This document shows positions 1 through 10,625 of a stretch of 64,000 nucleotides of DNA, piece by piece. Position 1 is the stretch's first letter. Every line of letters starts with the position of its first letter. The notes beneath the pieces were generated by a model. It saw only the letters and a program-made list of their open reading frames with translations, was not told the DNA's origin and searched no databases. This DNA comes from a bacterium (GTDB taxonomy: Bacteria; Babelota; Babeliae; Babelales; JAUWHS01): the NCBI GenBank assembly GCA_043818275.1, contig JBDRFY010000050.1, positions 1 through 64,000 of the forward strand, given 5' to 3'. The position numbers and the translations under genes were made by a program.

Positions 1-368
1 AAGCAGATTAAGAGCAGAATTCATAGCCACAGACACATCAGGAATAGGATATTATAATTACAGTGTATCATACAACGATAGTTTCCTGTTTGTTAGCATT
101 GTTAAAAAAAAATTTTTTATCTTTTTAATTTTGCCACAACAGGAAATTTTTACTTTGCCCAACTACCGGAAATTATCACATTGCTCTAACATACTTTTTT
201 TATAAGTATTAAAATTCTGCCAATATTGATACATTAAAAATTGTTGCTCGTTCTGGAGCAAACCAATTAATAGAAGTAATTTTAAATGAACCTGATGAAG
301 CTATTTATTTATTACTCCAATCTACCGATCCAACAATTCAAAATGCAGGAATTGAAATTTTAGAATAA
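1..368 (+). pseudogene. Possible 3' end of a degraded/frameshifted CDS entering from the window edge
   Basis: Protein-like stretches in different + frames (SRLRAEFIATDTSGIGYYNY... and ...NIDTLKIVARSGANQLIEVILNEPDE...EILE*, stop ending at 368) interrupted near A/T homopolymers. Confidence 0.25.
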
Positions 369-429
369 ATAATAGCTGAAAATAAATCTTCTAAATTAAA
401 TGAACGATTGTTAAAAATAAAGAAAACAT

Positions 430-1428
430 TTACAATTCCCGCGAAAAAAATAAATGATAAATCATAAAAATAATAAAAATTAAAAATACCAAAATTCCAT
501 AAATTCTTTTAAAAGCATTATCTTTCGCCAAGGCAAAAATAGTAGTTCCTAAAGTTAATACTAAAAAAGGAATCATCGAATTTAATGACTTAAGAGAGAC
601 AATTGTTGGACTAACCAACACTGCAGCACCTAATAAAAATGTTGCAACTTCTAAAACAGAACCAACAATATTACCAAGAGCTAAAGAGAATTCTCTTTTC
701 CTAACTGCCTGAATGCTTAATAATAGTTCAGGCAAAGATGTTCCAGTTCCGGAAATTGTAGCTCCCACAATTGACATTGAAAGAGAAAAATATTCAGCTA
801 TTTTTATAATCGCTCTAACCGTTATTTCAGAAGCAAAAAACAATAACCCTAAACTTGCAGATAATTTAATTAAAACTCCTAATTTGGATGTCCAAAAAAT
901 TTTGTAACCCGGTTGGTTATTAGCAACCACCCGTGCGTCTTCTTTTTTTATTTTTGCATGTCTCAACGTTGTTTGATTTTTATAAATCCACCAAATAGCA
1001 ATTATGTAAGAAAAAATTAAAATCAAACCTGCCAGGTTGCCCAGATTTTGAATATAAAAAACAAATATTATCGCAATCAATGAAAACACCAACATAATAA
1101 TCAAATTTCTGCTCTCTTTTTTTGTAACAGAAATTGATTTAACAAGAAATGCCGGTATGGCTAAAGCAAAACCAATATTGGCAATAACTGACCCAATCAT
1201 TGTTCCTACCGCAATTGAAGGAACTTTTTTAAACGCTGAAATAAAAATAACTGCTAATTCAGGGAAACCGGTAGAAATAGCAATTAAAAAAAAACCGATA
1301 AAAAGAGTTGTAACCTTAAATAGGTGTGCTGTTTTAACTGAATACCGGACACACATTTCCCCCGATACCCATAAAAGAGCAAACCCTAAAGCCAGATATA
1401 AAAAATAAAGAAAAATAAAAAGCTCCAC
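430..1428 (-). CDS. Ca2+/cation (sodium:calcium) antiporter, CaCA/YrbG-like
   Basis: About 10 TM segments; alpha-repeat motifs ISTGFPEL and GTGTSLPEL...ALGNIVGS; GTG start with AAGGAG-type RBS. Confidence 0.85.
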   Translation of the reverse strand: MELFIFLYFLYLALGFALLWVSGEMCVRYSVKTAHLFKVTTLFIGFFLIAISTGFPELAVIFISAFKKVPSIAVGTMIGSVIANIGFALAIPAFLVKSISVTKKESRNLIIMLVFSLIAIIFVFYIQNLGNLAGLILIFSYIIAIWWIYKNQTTLRHAKIKKEDARVVANNQPGYKIFWTSKLGVLIKLSASLGLLFFASEITVRAIIKIAEYFSLSMSIVGATISGTGTSLPELLLSIQAVRKREFSLALGNIVGSVLEVATFLLGAAVLVSPTIVSLKSLNSMIPFLVLTLGTTIFALAKDNAFKRIYGILVFLIFIIFMIYHLFFSREL

Positions 1429-1493
1429 TCTTCTCTCCTTAACGTAAGTTCAGGATAATTTATTATCATAAAAGCTTAGAATATTGACATACA

Positions 1494-1654
1494 CCGCTCG
1501 TCCTGAGCGCAGTCGAAGGATATCGAGCACCAATATTAAGAATATCACTTATTGAATTGTAAATTGTACAATCGCATATACATTTACAAAGTCAATAATT
1601 TTTATTGTTTTCAATTACCCCTCGCAATCCTTCGACTACGCTCAGGACGAGCGG
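1494..1654. repeat. REP/MITE-like element, 28-bp inverted arms (family 1, copy 1)
   Basis: ccgctcgtcctgagcgcagtcgaaggat (1494-1521) vs atccttcgactacgctcaggacgagcgg (1627-1654), 27/28 complementary, AT-rich interior. Confidence 0.9.
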
Positions 1655-1691
1655 ATTGGGTTAATACTTAAAAATCATTATCCCGAATTTA

Positions 1692-2654
1692 TCAAATCAA
1701 CAAATGATAAATAAACGATATACAAAATAAAATTAATAATAACAATCCAGCAACTTTTCCAACCTTATATTGTCGCCATAAAGAAATGCTAATAATTAAA
1801 AGTGCCGAAAAAATAAACCAGGAAAAACTCATTAATTTTGCCAAACTAATAACCTGATTAGATAATATTGTCAAAAAGGATAAGCACAAACATAAATGAG
1901 GCAAAATTGAACCCAACAAAGTTCCCAATGCTATTCCATGTTCATTTCTTCTGACAGCATTGATACTTAAAGCTAACTCCGGAACAGTGGTAACAATTGA
2001 AAAAATTGTCGCGCCAAATGTTGTTATTGACAGATGAAGCATTTCTGAAATAACTTCAGACCGGTTAACTGCCAATTCAGCAGCAATTAAAACAACAAAA
2101 ACACTAAGAAAAAATTTAAAAAGAACAATTAATTTATCATACAATGTTTTTGAAACAACAATCTCTTTTTCTTCTTTTGTTTCACATTCAACCATTGATT
2201 TATTTTTCCACATCCACATTAACGTAAAAAAATATGTTCCGATTAAAAATAGACCATGGAAAAATGATAAATTTCCTATTCCAAAAACAAATGCAAAAAT
2301 AGTTGTAATTATTAAAATCATAAACAATAAATTATTTCTGCATTTTTTTTCTACAAAAAGACCGTTGCCCCAAAAAGCTGCAATACCAAGAACCAATGAC
2401 AAATTATTAAAATTTGCGCCCACAATATTGCCCGCAGCCATCTCAGGAATTCCGTCAAAAGCGGAAGTCAATACTACTGCAATTTCAGGTAATGCTGTTG
2501 CAAAACCAATAAAAATAAATCCTACAAATAATGTTGAAACATTAAACAATTTTGAAGTTTTAATAGCATAATCTATTACTTTATCGCTAGCCCACCACAT
2601 TACAGCAAAAGAAAAAATAAATATCACAATCTGTAAAACCAAATGTGCCCCCAC
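1692..2654 (-). CDS. Ca2+/cation (sodium:calcium) antiporter, tandem paralog
   Basis: FATALPEI...GNIVGAN and VTTVPEL...ALGTLLGS alpha-repeats; aligns with 430-1428; GTG start after AAGGAG. Confidence 0.85.
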   Translation of the reverse strand: MGAHLVLQIVIFIFSFAVMWWASDKVIDYAIKTSKLFNVSTLFVGFIFIGFATALPEIAVVLTSAFDGIPEMAAGNIVGANFNNLSLVLGIAAFWGNGLFVEKKCRNNLLFMILIITTIFAFVFGIGNLSFFHGLFLIGTYFFTLMWMWKNKSMVECETKEEKEIVVSKTLYDKLIVLFKFFLSVFVVLIAAELAVNRSEVISEMLHLSITTFGATIFSIVTTVPELALSINAVRRNEHGIALGTLLGSILPHLCLCLSFLTILSNQVISLAKLMSFSWFIFSALLIISISLWRQYKVGKVAGLLLLILFCISFIYHLLI

Positions 2655-2827
2655 GGGTCACTCCTTTCATTTAAATTTAAAGATCTTAAAGCTATTAATT
2701 TAGCAAAAACCGCAAAAAAGAAACACCTTACAAAAAAAGAAAAATAAAAACAACTTCATTAATCGCAACATTTTTTATAAAATCCTTACATATTATTTTT
2801 CAACCCCCAAAAATAAAAGACAAAAAT

Positions 2828-5800
2828 ATGACAAAACATTTCGTACCTCTTCACATCCACACTGAATATTCACTCCTTGATGGCGCGATTAAAATAAAAG
2901 ATTTATTAAATTTTGCCAAAGCACAGGACTGGAAAGCGGTAGGAATTTCTGATCATGGAAATATTTTTGGGGCGGTAAATTTTTTTCAAAAAGCAAAAAA
3001 GGAAAACATCAAACCTATTCTTGGAACTGAACTTTATTTTTCCCCGGACGCGACAATTAAAAATCAAAATGACAAGTACTATCACATTTTATTAATTGTT
3101 CAAAATAAAAAAGGTTATGAAAATCTTTGTCGGTTAATGGCTTATGCATACCAGGAAGGTTTTTACTTCAAACCACGGATTGATTTAAAAACGCTGGAAA
3201 AATTTAATGAAGGATTAATAGTTGGAACAGCATGTATCGGTGGATATGTTCCAAAACTTTTAAGAAAAGGACGGATTGAGGAAGGTGAAAAAGCAATTGA
3301 ATGGTTTTTAAATATTTTTGGACGCGACCGTTTTTATTTTGAAATCATGCCACCAGACATTGAAAAAATAGCTGTCACAAATAAATTACTTTTAGAATAT
3401 AGCCAAAAATATGACATCAAATGTATCGCAACAACAGATTCACATTACATGAAACCACAAGATTATGAAGCTCATGAAGTTCTGCTCGCGATTCAGACAA
3501 AAAAACAAATCACTGATTCTGGCCGGATGAGTTTTGGAGATATTAAAGCATATCTGCAAACAACTGATGAAATGTTAGAAATATTTAAAGATAATGAGCA
3601 AATAGTTTGGAACACCGGAGAACTTGCAGATAAATGTGAATTTGAATTTGAATTTGGAAAATTATTTTTCCCGACAGCTCCAATTCCACAAGAATTTACG
3701 GAAGAAGAATATTTTCAAAAAATTTGTATAGATGGGTTAAAGGATCTAAAAGAAAAAGATTTAATTCCTAACGACCAATATCAAATTTATGATGACAGAC
3801 TCAAACTTGAAATGGATTTAATAATCAAAATGGGCTTTGTCGGATATTTTTTAATCGTTAGCGATTTTATAAAATGGGCAAAAAAGCAAAATATTCCTGT
3901 CGGACCTGGCCGAGGTTCTGCTGCAGGATCGTTAGTTGCATGGGCAATGGAAATTACAAACGTTGATCCAATTAAATATAACTTGCTCTTCGAGCGTTTT
4001 TTAAATCCTGAAAGAATAAGTATGCCCGACATCGATATCGACTTTTGCATTGAGGGTCGGGAAGAAGTTATAAAACATGTAAAAGAAAAATATGGGCATG
4101 ATTGTGTTTGTCAAATTATAACTTTTGGAACAATGATGGCCAAAGGTGTTATTAAAGATGTTGCCCGTGTTTTGGGTTTTCCATTTCAGGATTCAAACGC
4201 ACTTACAGATTTAGTTCCAGATCAATTAGGAATAAGTCTGAAAGATGCAATAGAACAAGAACCAAGATTACAGGAAGCAATAAATAATAATCCAAAAATC
4301 AAACAGCTTTTTGATATTTCATTCAAGCTTGAAGGGTTAACACGACACGCGTCAAAACATGCCGCTGGAATTGTCATTTCACCAAAACCATTACGCGAAG
4401 TTTTACCTCTTTATGTTCCATCAAAAGGAACTGATCTTGTTGCGCAATATTCAATGGTAGATCTTGAAAGCGTTGGTTTTTTAAAAATGGATTTTCTTGG
4501 ATTAAAAAACTTAACTGTAATACAACAATCGCTAAATTACATCAAAAAAAATCATGGAACAGAAATTGATCTTGATAAACTTCCACTTGATGATAACAAT
4601 GCATTTGAATTATTAAAAAAAGGGAAAACAAACGGAATATTCCAGTTGGAATCTGATGGATTAAAAGAAGTTTTACGAAAACTTCAACCGGAAAAATTTG
4701 AAGACATAATTGCTGTAAACGCACTTTATCGCCCAGGACCACTTGGCTCCGGAATGGTTGATGATTTTATTGACAGACGTCACGGAAGAAAAAAAGTTAC
4801 ATATTTATTTGATGAACTTGAACCAATTCTTGCTGAAACTTATGGTGTCATTGTTTATCAGGAACAGGTTATGAAAATTGCTTCCGCGATTGCCGGTTAT
4901 AGTTTGGGACAAGCCGATATTTTACGAAGAGCAATGGGAAAGAAAAAAGTGGAAGTAATGAAATTGCAAAAAGAGCAATTTTTGCATGGTGCAAAAGAAA
5001 AAAATTTTAACGAAAAAAAAGCTGCCGAACTTTTTGATTTAATGGCTTATTTTGCCGGTTACGGTTTTAATAAATCGCATTCAACAGCATACGCATTAAT
5101 TGCCTATCAAACTGCTTATCTAAAATCAAATTATCCAGCAGAATTTATGGCGGCTCTCACCTCTTTTGAAACAAATGATCCTGATAAATTAAGTTTTTAT
5201 CTTCAGGAAATAAGCGAGATGAATCTTGAAATTTTACCACCCAACATCAATACTTCTGAAATTGAATTTTCGCCACCCGAAAAAAATAAAGTTTTATTTG
5301 GATTAAAAGGAATTAAAAATGCAGGTCTCATTGCCCTTGAAAACATAATCACGCAACGCAAGGAAAAACCATTTCTTGATTTATTGGATTTTTGCAAACG
5401 CGTTGATTTAAGAACATGTAATAAAAGAGTTATAGAAAATCTGGTTTATGCTGGCGCGCTCGATTCACTTCCTGGCAACAGAGCTCAAAAAATTAATGAA
5501 CTTGAAAAAATAATTGATCTTGCCAACCAGGCAAAAAAAGAAGAAAAAACAGGTCAAATGAGTATGTTTGGATTTGGCAACACCAAAAATGAAATAGTAC
5601 CTCAACAATATTATGAATTTGCACCATTAGCAGACTGGTCAAGTAAAGAAAAACTGGAAAAAGAAAAAGAGGCCGCCGGCTTTTATTTAAGTTCTCATCC
5701 ATTAAAAAGTTATAAAGTTTTACGCTGGCTTAAAACCTCCACATTTGCAGCATCATTAGATATTTTAAAAAATCCACCACAAACACAAAAAATTGAATCT

Positions 5801-6277
5801 ACAACAATTGGATTAATCCAAAATTATAAAGAAATTACAACGAAAAAAGGAGACCGTATGGCTTTTGCGCAATTTGAAGATTTAACAGGTCACAGTGAAG
5901 TAATACTTTTTCCCAGAACTTACGCGAAAGTATCCGATCTTTTAAGCCAACATGATGTTTTTATAATAAAAGGAAACCTGGATTTAACATCTTCAGACAA
6001 ATGTAAAATTATTGCAAATGAACTAATACCGCTTGAAAATCTTTTTGAAAATACAAAAAATATAAACAATTTAAACCTTGAACTTCCATCAAATCTTGAT
6101 GAATCCGCATTAACAAAAATAAAAGAATCTTTTCACCATGGAAATATTCCAATAAGTTTTAATTTTAATGAAAATGGCAAAAATTTAATTCTGCAAACAA
6201 ATCAAAAAATAACAGTTAATCAGGAATCATTAAAAAATCTTGAACAAATAGGAATAAAAATTCAGCTTTCTGTTTAA
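2828..6277 (+). CDS. dnaE: DNA polymerase III alpha subunit
   Basis: PHP domain HxHTEYSLLDG; GPGRGSAAGS; MPDIDIDF; FAGYGFNKSH; C-terminal OB fold. Confidence 0.98.
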   Translation: MTKHFVPLHIHTEYSLLDGAIKIKDLLNFAKAQDWKAVGISDHGNIFGAVNFFQKAKKENIKPILGTELYFSPDATIKNQNDKYYHILLIVQNKKGYENLCRLMAYAYQEGFYFKPRIDLKTLEKFNEGLIVGTACIGGYVPKLLRKGRIEEGEKAIEWFLNIFGRDRFYFEIMPPDIEKIAVTNKLLLEYSQKYDIKCIATTDSHYMKPQDYEAHEVLLAIQTKKQITDSGRMSFGDIKAYLQTTDEMLEIFKDNEQIVWNTGELADKCEFEFEFGKLFFPTAPIPQEFTEEEYFQKICIDGLKDLKEKDLIPNDQYQIYDDRLKLEMDLIIKMGFVGYFLIVSDFIKWAKKQNIPVGPGRGSAAGSLVAWAMEITNVDPIKYNLLFERFLNPERISMPDIDIDFCIEGREEVIKHVKEKYGHDCVCQIITFGTMMAKGVIKDVARVLGFPFQDSNALTDLVPDQLGISLKDAIEQEPRLQEAINNNPKIKQLFDISFKLEGLTRHASKHAAGIVISPKPLREVLPLYVPSKGTDLVAQYSMVDLESVGFLKMDFLGLKNLTVIQQSLNYIKKNHGTEIDLDKLPLDDNNAFELLKKGKTNGIFQLESDGLKEVLRKLQPEKFEDIIAVNALYRPGPLGSGMVDDFIDRRHGRKKVTYLFDELEPILAETYGVIVYQEQVMKIASAIAGYSLGQADILRRAMGKKKVEVMKLQKEQFLHGAKEKNFNEKKAAELFDLMAYFAGYGFNKSHSTAYALIAYQTAYLKSNYPAEFMAALTSFETNDPDKLSFYLQEISEMNLEILPPNINTSEIEFSPPEKNKVLFGLKGIKNAGLIALENIITQRKEKPFLDLLDFCKRVDLRTCNKRVIENLVYAGALDSLPGNRAQKINELEKIIDLANQAKKEEKTGQMSMFGFGNTKNEIVPQQYYEFAPLADWSSKEKLEKEKEAAGFYLSSHPLKSYKVLRWLKTSTFAASLDILKNPPQTQKIESTTIGLIQNYKEITTKKGDRMAFAQFEDLTGHSEVILFPRTYAKVSDLLSQHDVFIIKGNLDLTSSDKCKIIANELIPLENLFENTKNINNLNLELPSNLDESALTKIKESFHHGNIPISFNFNENGKNLILQTNQKITVNQESLKNLEQIGIKIQLSV

Positions 6278-6347
6278 TTATACAAATTGTTGAATACAAA
6301 TTTTAACTCCACTACTCTTTTATTAAAGATTTAAATTTTTAGGAGTA

Positions 6348-8330
6348 ATGGAGAAATTAATGAAAATTTTAAAATTTTTCTTATTGTTTTTATGTATATC
6401 TACATTAAATAATCAATTATTTGGCGATATAAAACAAAACCAAATCAAACAAATCATAACCGAAATAAACAAATTTCTGCCAAAAGAAAAAGCATTAGAC
6501 CAACAAAAAATAATTAACGATAATTTTTTATTTTTAGAAAATTGTAATATAACAGACAAAACATTATCTTTTTTATTTCCGTATTTATTAAAAATAAATA
6601 AATTATATCCTATAAAAATATTAAATCTTTCATACAACAAACTAACAAATATCCCGGACAAAATCGAAAAACTCAGTCAACTTGAAACTCTTGATTTCGA
6701 ACACAACAACCTTGGATTTATTTCTCCAAAAATAAAAAATCTTGAAAATTTAAATTTTTTATTTCTCGACAACAATGAATCTATTATATATTTACCATAC
6801 GACCTTAAATCACAAAAAGATCTAAAAATAACTGGTTACTATGATTTTGAAATAGAAAAAGCAACAAAAAAAGCTGCCAATATTGTAATTATTTTAGATC
6901 GTGAAAATCAGATACCTCCTGAACAAATACAACAAGATGTGATGCTAGATGAAATGGATATAAATCTCAAAAATTTAAGTCCAATTTTAGTTTCTGGAGC
7001 AGTATTAAAAAATTTTCTAGAAAGAGACAAAATAATTCCTGGCAGAAAAATAATCCCCCAAATATACGCCTTTTATAAAATTGATGATAGTGATTTGTAT
7101 TTATTGTTACCAAAAGGAATAAATTTTAAAGAAGCTTTTAATATTGATGCAAGACAAAAAAAGGATCTTGAATATTTAAAAGAAAGATTAGAAGAAAATC
7201 AGTGGCCAAATGATAAAGGAGATTATGAGACTGATAATTGGCTTGAAGGAATCATAAAAATATTCAAAAAAGATTCTGATTATTGGTGGAATATTATTTT
7301 AGCTGGTCACGGAGCCCCCGAAGAATTTATTGCTGGTATGACTAAAAATGATTTTAAAAGTCTCATGCAATTTTTAAATCAACCAAATATAAACACTTTT
7401 TTCTTTTATTATGACACCTGTTTTGGAGGTGGAACAAATTTAGTAGAAGCATATGAAATAATAAAACAATCCATAATTGATGTACCGCTTCTCAAATTCA
7501 TGGTTGTCTCAGGTACAACAAGAAGCGTTGTAAGTCAAGTCGTAGATACAAATTATTTTGATTTATTTTTAAATTTAAATGAATTGCTAAATTTTTTTCA
7601 GCTGCCGCCTGAAGAGCAAAAAAATTTAGGCCCTGATCCAATTAATGGATTACTAAAACTGGTAAAAAATAAAATTGGAAAATATATATTATCTTCAAAT
7701 TTTCCACTAATTAAATTTCCTAATTCAAAATTTTTTATAAGTATTCGAAAAAATCCACGAGTATTTGTAATAAACAATGTTTTGCTTAAAAAGCATCAAA
7801 TCGAAAAAAAAGAAATAGAAATTCCCAAAGATGTAAACATTCTTTTTGTATATCCAAACATTGTTGATGTTCCCGTTAAAATTACGGGAAAAAAATCACC
7901 TCTAATTTATTCTCTTGATCCTGGACCAACGATACATTTTTTTAAAGAAATTGTGGTTGAAAATGTAAAACAATTTGATCCATTCGACTTGATAATCGAT
8001 TACTTTAAAGAAGAAGAAGAAGGAAAAATCTTTATAGTAAAAGAAATCATAAGCAAAGATATGACATACAAAAATGTAGTTACTGATCCTGAAAAAGAAG
8101 ATATTTTTTATAAAAAAAATAATTTTTTTTATTACAACAATTACAAAATAGAAGAAAAAAATAAAATGAATGAAAATAAATTTAAAAAAGAAATCACAAA
8201 AGCAATCGAAAATAACTTTAAAATTTCAATGGAATTATTCAAACCTTTTGCGCCATGGCAAACAGACAGAAAAGAGTTAGTTGACTACATAAATAAAGAA
8301 TTAGGAATTAATGTAAAAATCACAAACTAG
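6348..8330 (+). CDS. Secreted protein with leucine-rich repeats and a putative clan-CD-like cysteine protease domain
   Basis: Signal peptide; LRRs (LNLSYNKLTNIP, LDFEHNNL, LFLDNN); WNIILAGHG and FFFYYDTCFGG motifs; AGGAG RBS. Confidence 0.65.
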   Translation: MEKLMKILKFFLLFLCISTLNNQLFGDIKQNQIKQIITEINKFLPKEKALDQQKIINDNFLFLENCNITDKTLSFLFPYLLKINKLYPIKILNLSYNKLTNIPDKIEKLSQLETLDFEHNNLGFISPKIKNLENLNFLFLDNNESIIYLPYDLKSQKDLKITGYYDFEIEKATKKAANIVIILDRENQIPPEQIQQDVMLDEMDINLKNLSPILVSGAVLKNFLERDKIIPGRKIIPQIYAFYKIDDSDLYLLLPKGINFKEAFNIDARQKKDLEYLKERLEENQWPNDKGDYETDNWLEGIIKIFKKDSDYWWNIILAGHGAPEEFIAGMTKNDFKSLMQFLNQPNINTFFFYYDTCFGGGTNLVEAYEIIKQSIIDVPLLKFMVVSGTTRSVVSQVVDTNYFDLFLNLNELLNFFQLPPEEQKNLGPDPINGLLKLVKNKIGKYILSSNFPLIKFPNSKFFISIRKNPRVFVINNVLLKKHQIEKKEIEIPKDVNILFVYPNIVDVPVKITGKKSPLIYSLDPGPTIHFFKEIVVENVKQFDPFDLIIDYFKEEEEGKIFIVKEIISKDMTYKNVVTDPEKEDIFYKKNNFFYYNNYKIEEKNKMNENKFKKEITKAIENNFKISMELFKPFAPWQTDRKELVDYINKELGINVKITN

Positions 8331-8883
8331 ACAAAATCTTTTCGGATAAATTTTCTGGAATAATTTTTGTAATTTTTTTCAACTCCTTCAAAACCCATTT
8401 TTGTCTATTTTTATCTTCCTGAACAAAATCTAAAATGTTTTGAATTAAATCAAAAATTAATTCACTTGAAATTTTTTGTTGTTCAAACAAATTAATCAAA
8501 TCAACAAATTTGGCATTAAATTTTTCTGGCCAGTCAAGTTCTGTGTAATAATTAATCGCTTTAATTAAATAATCAGAATTTTCAGGCTCAAGAGTTAGCA
8601 AATGTTCATAGACAAAAACAGCAGATAATAATTTTTTTTCTTCCTGATATAAAATTGCTGCATGCTGATATTTTTCCAAAGCTTGGCGATCTTGGAAAAA
8701 CCACAAAAGATCTCCTTCAAGTTGAGAAACATAAGCCTTATCATCAAATGAATGCGACAGTAAACGATAAAAAGTTAACGCTTTTTCTTTTTCTCCACGA
8801 TTTACAAGCTCAGCTAACTTAAACCAAGCAATACTTGACTGTTGTTTTTCCTGATCCTGCAAATTTTGCTCGGGTTGCTTCAT
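8320..8883 (-). CDS. Hypothetical alpha-helical (TPR-like) protein
   Basis: Open frame; ATG at 8883 preceded by AGGAG is preferred over the 8940 start; TPR-like helical pattern (AWFKLAE...ALTFY; ALEKYQHA). Confidence 0.6.
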   Translation of the reverse strand: MKQPEQNLQDQEKQQSSIAWFKLAELVNRGEKEKALTFYRLLSHSFDDKAYVSQLEGDLLWFFQDRQALEKYQHAAILYQEEKKLLSAVFVYEHLLTLEPENSDYLIKAINYYTELDWPEKFNAKFVDLINLFEQQKISSELIFDLIQNILDFVQEDKNRQKWVLKELKKITKIIPENLSEKILSSL

Positions 8884-9038
8884 CACTACTCTCCTTTTTT
8901 CCGCCCATAATAATACAGGCCTTTTATTTTCATAAGCCACCCCTTTGAAACAGGGATAAAGTAATGATATAATTCTTATCTATTTAAAGAAATAGTTTAG
9001 TAAACAATTTTTAAAAGACCCTTCTGGAACGAAATAAA

Positions 9039-10625
9039 ATGAATAATATTGCAACTGAAAAATGGAAGGTTAATAAAAAAGCCGCTCTTCTTGGCGGAGG
9101 GGAAGAAAAACAGGAAAAACAAAAACAACTTGGAAAACGTTGCACACGAGAAAGAATTAAATTACTAACAGATGAAAATAGTTTTGAAGAAACTGATCTT
9201 TTAGTCTGCTCTCCGTTTTTAAAAACCAAAAATTACACTGATGGAGTTGTAACCGGTTTTGCAAAAATCAATAACATTCAAATTGCAATTTATGCTCAGG
9301 ATTTTACACAAAAAGGAGGATCTTTAGGAAAACATCAGGCACAAAAAATTTGTAAAATTATGGACATGGCAGCAAAAATTGGTTGTCCAATAATCGGAAT
9401 TCTGGATTCTGGCGGCGCCAGAATTGATGAAGGAATTCATTCTTTAGCCGGTTATGGAGAAATTTTTATTCGCAATGTTCGCTATTCCGGAATTATTCCA
9501 CAAATATCTTTAGTTTTAGGCCCATGCGCAGGTGGAGCGGTTTATTCTCCAGCGTTAACAGATTTTATTTTTACAACAGAAAATATCAGTAATCTTTTCA
9601 TCACAGGACCACAAGTAATCGAACAAGCTCTTCATCAAAAAATTTCAAAAGAGGAGTTGGGAGGAGCATCAGTTCACACAACAAAATCAGGGGTTGCACA
9701 TTTCAAAACAAAAACAGAAGAAGAATGCTTTGAAAAAGTAAAAAAGCTTTTGTCGTATTTGCCAAAAAATTATTTATGTGAACCGGAAAATAATCAATCA
9801 CAACAAAACGATTTTACAAATCTTTTTGAATCAGATCAGGCTCATTTTTTAAAAAAGGGAAAAACAAAACTTGATGTAAAAAACATATTACCCGAAAATT
9901 CTAATCATGCTTACGACGTAAAAGAAGTTATAAACCGAATTGTTGATTCAAATAGTTTTCTTGAAATCCAGGATTCTTTTGCAAAAAATATTGTTATCGG
10001 TTTTGCAAGAATTGAAAACAAGGTTGTTGGGATTATTGCAAATCAACCGCAAGAACAAGCCGGTGTTCTTGATATTGATGCATCATGCAAAGCGGCCCGT
10101 TTTATAAATTTTTGTGATAATTTCAGTATACCAATTATTACATTTGTTGATGTCCCGGGTTTTATGCCGGGATTAGAACAAGAACACAACGGAATTATTC
10201 GACACGGTGCAAAACTTTTATATGCTTATGCTCAGGCAACTGTTCCAAAAATTACTGTAATTTTACGTAAAGCCTATGGGGGCGCGTACATAGTTATGGG
10301 CAGCAAACAACTTGGCGCGGATTTTAATTTTGCCTGGCCGACAGCACAAATTGCAGTGCTTGGAGCTAAATCAGCAGTAACAATTTTGCACGGACGTAAA
10401 TTAAATGAAATTAAAAATGAAAAAGAGAAAGTTGAATTGCAAACAAAATTGGAAAATGAATATGAAAAAGAATTTGTTCATCCATTTATTGCCACGGAAT
10501 ATGGATATATTGATGCAATTATTGAACCTGATGAAACAAGAAATCATTTAATTAAAGCATTGCAAATTACTGAAAATAAAGTTGAACATTTGCCTAAGAA
10601 AAAACACGGCAACATCCCGTTATGA
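9039..10625 (+). CDS. Acyl-CoA carboxylase carboxyltransferase subunit (PccB / methylmalonyl-CoA decarboxylase alpha family)
   Basis: DSGGARIDEG, GPCAGGAVYSPALTDF, DVPGFMPG, RKAYGGAY, C-terminal KKHGNIPL. Confidence 0.93.
   Translation: MNNIATEKWKVNKKAALLGGGEEKQEKQKQLGKRCTRERIKLLTDENSFEETDLLVCSPFLKTKNYTDGVVTGFAKINNIQIAIYAQDFTQKGGSLGKHQAQKICKIMDMAAKIGCPIIGILDSGGARIDEGIHSLAGYGEIFIRNVRYSGIIPQISLVLGPCAGGAVYSPALTDFIFTTENISNLFITGPQVIEQALHQKISKEELGGASVHTTKSGVAHFKTKTEEECFEKVKKLLSYLPKNYLCEPENNQSQQNDFTNLFESDQAHFLKKGKTKLDVKNILPENSNHAYDVKEVINRIVDSNSFLEIQDSFAKNIVIGFARIENKVVGIIANQPQEQAGVLDIDASCKAARFINFCDNFSIPIITFVDVPGFMPGLEQEHNGIIRHGAKLLYAYAQATVPKITVILRKAYGGAYIVMGSKQLGADFNFAWPTAQIAVLGAKSAVTILHGRKLNEIKNEKEKVELQTKLENEYEKEFVHPFIATEYGYIDAIIEPDETRNHLIKALQITENKVEHLPKKKHGNIPL

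Noticed and set aside
2828..6277. Intein in dnaE
   Set aside because: Length (1149 aa) and continuous motifs fit an uninterrupted DnaE; no intein terminal motifs were seen.
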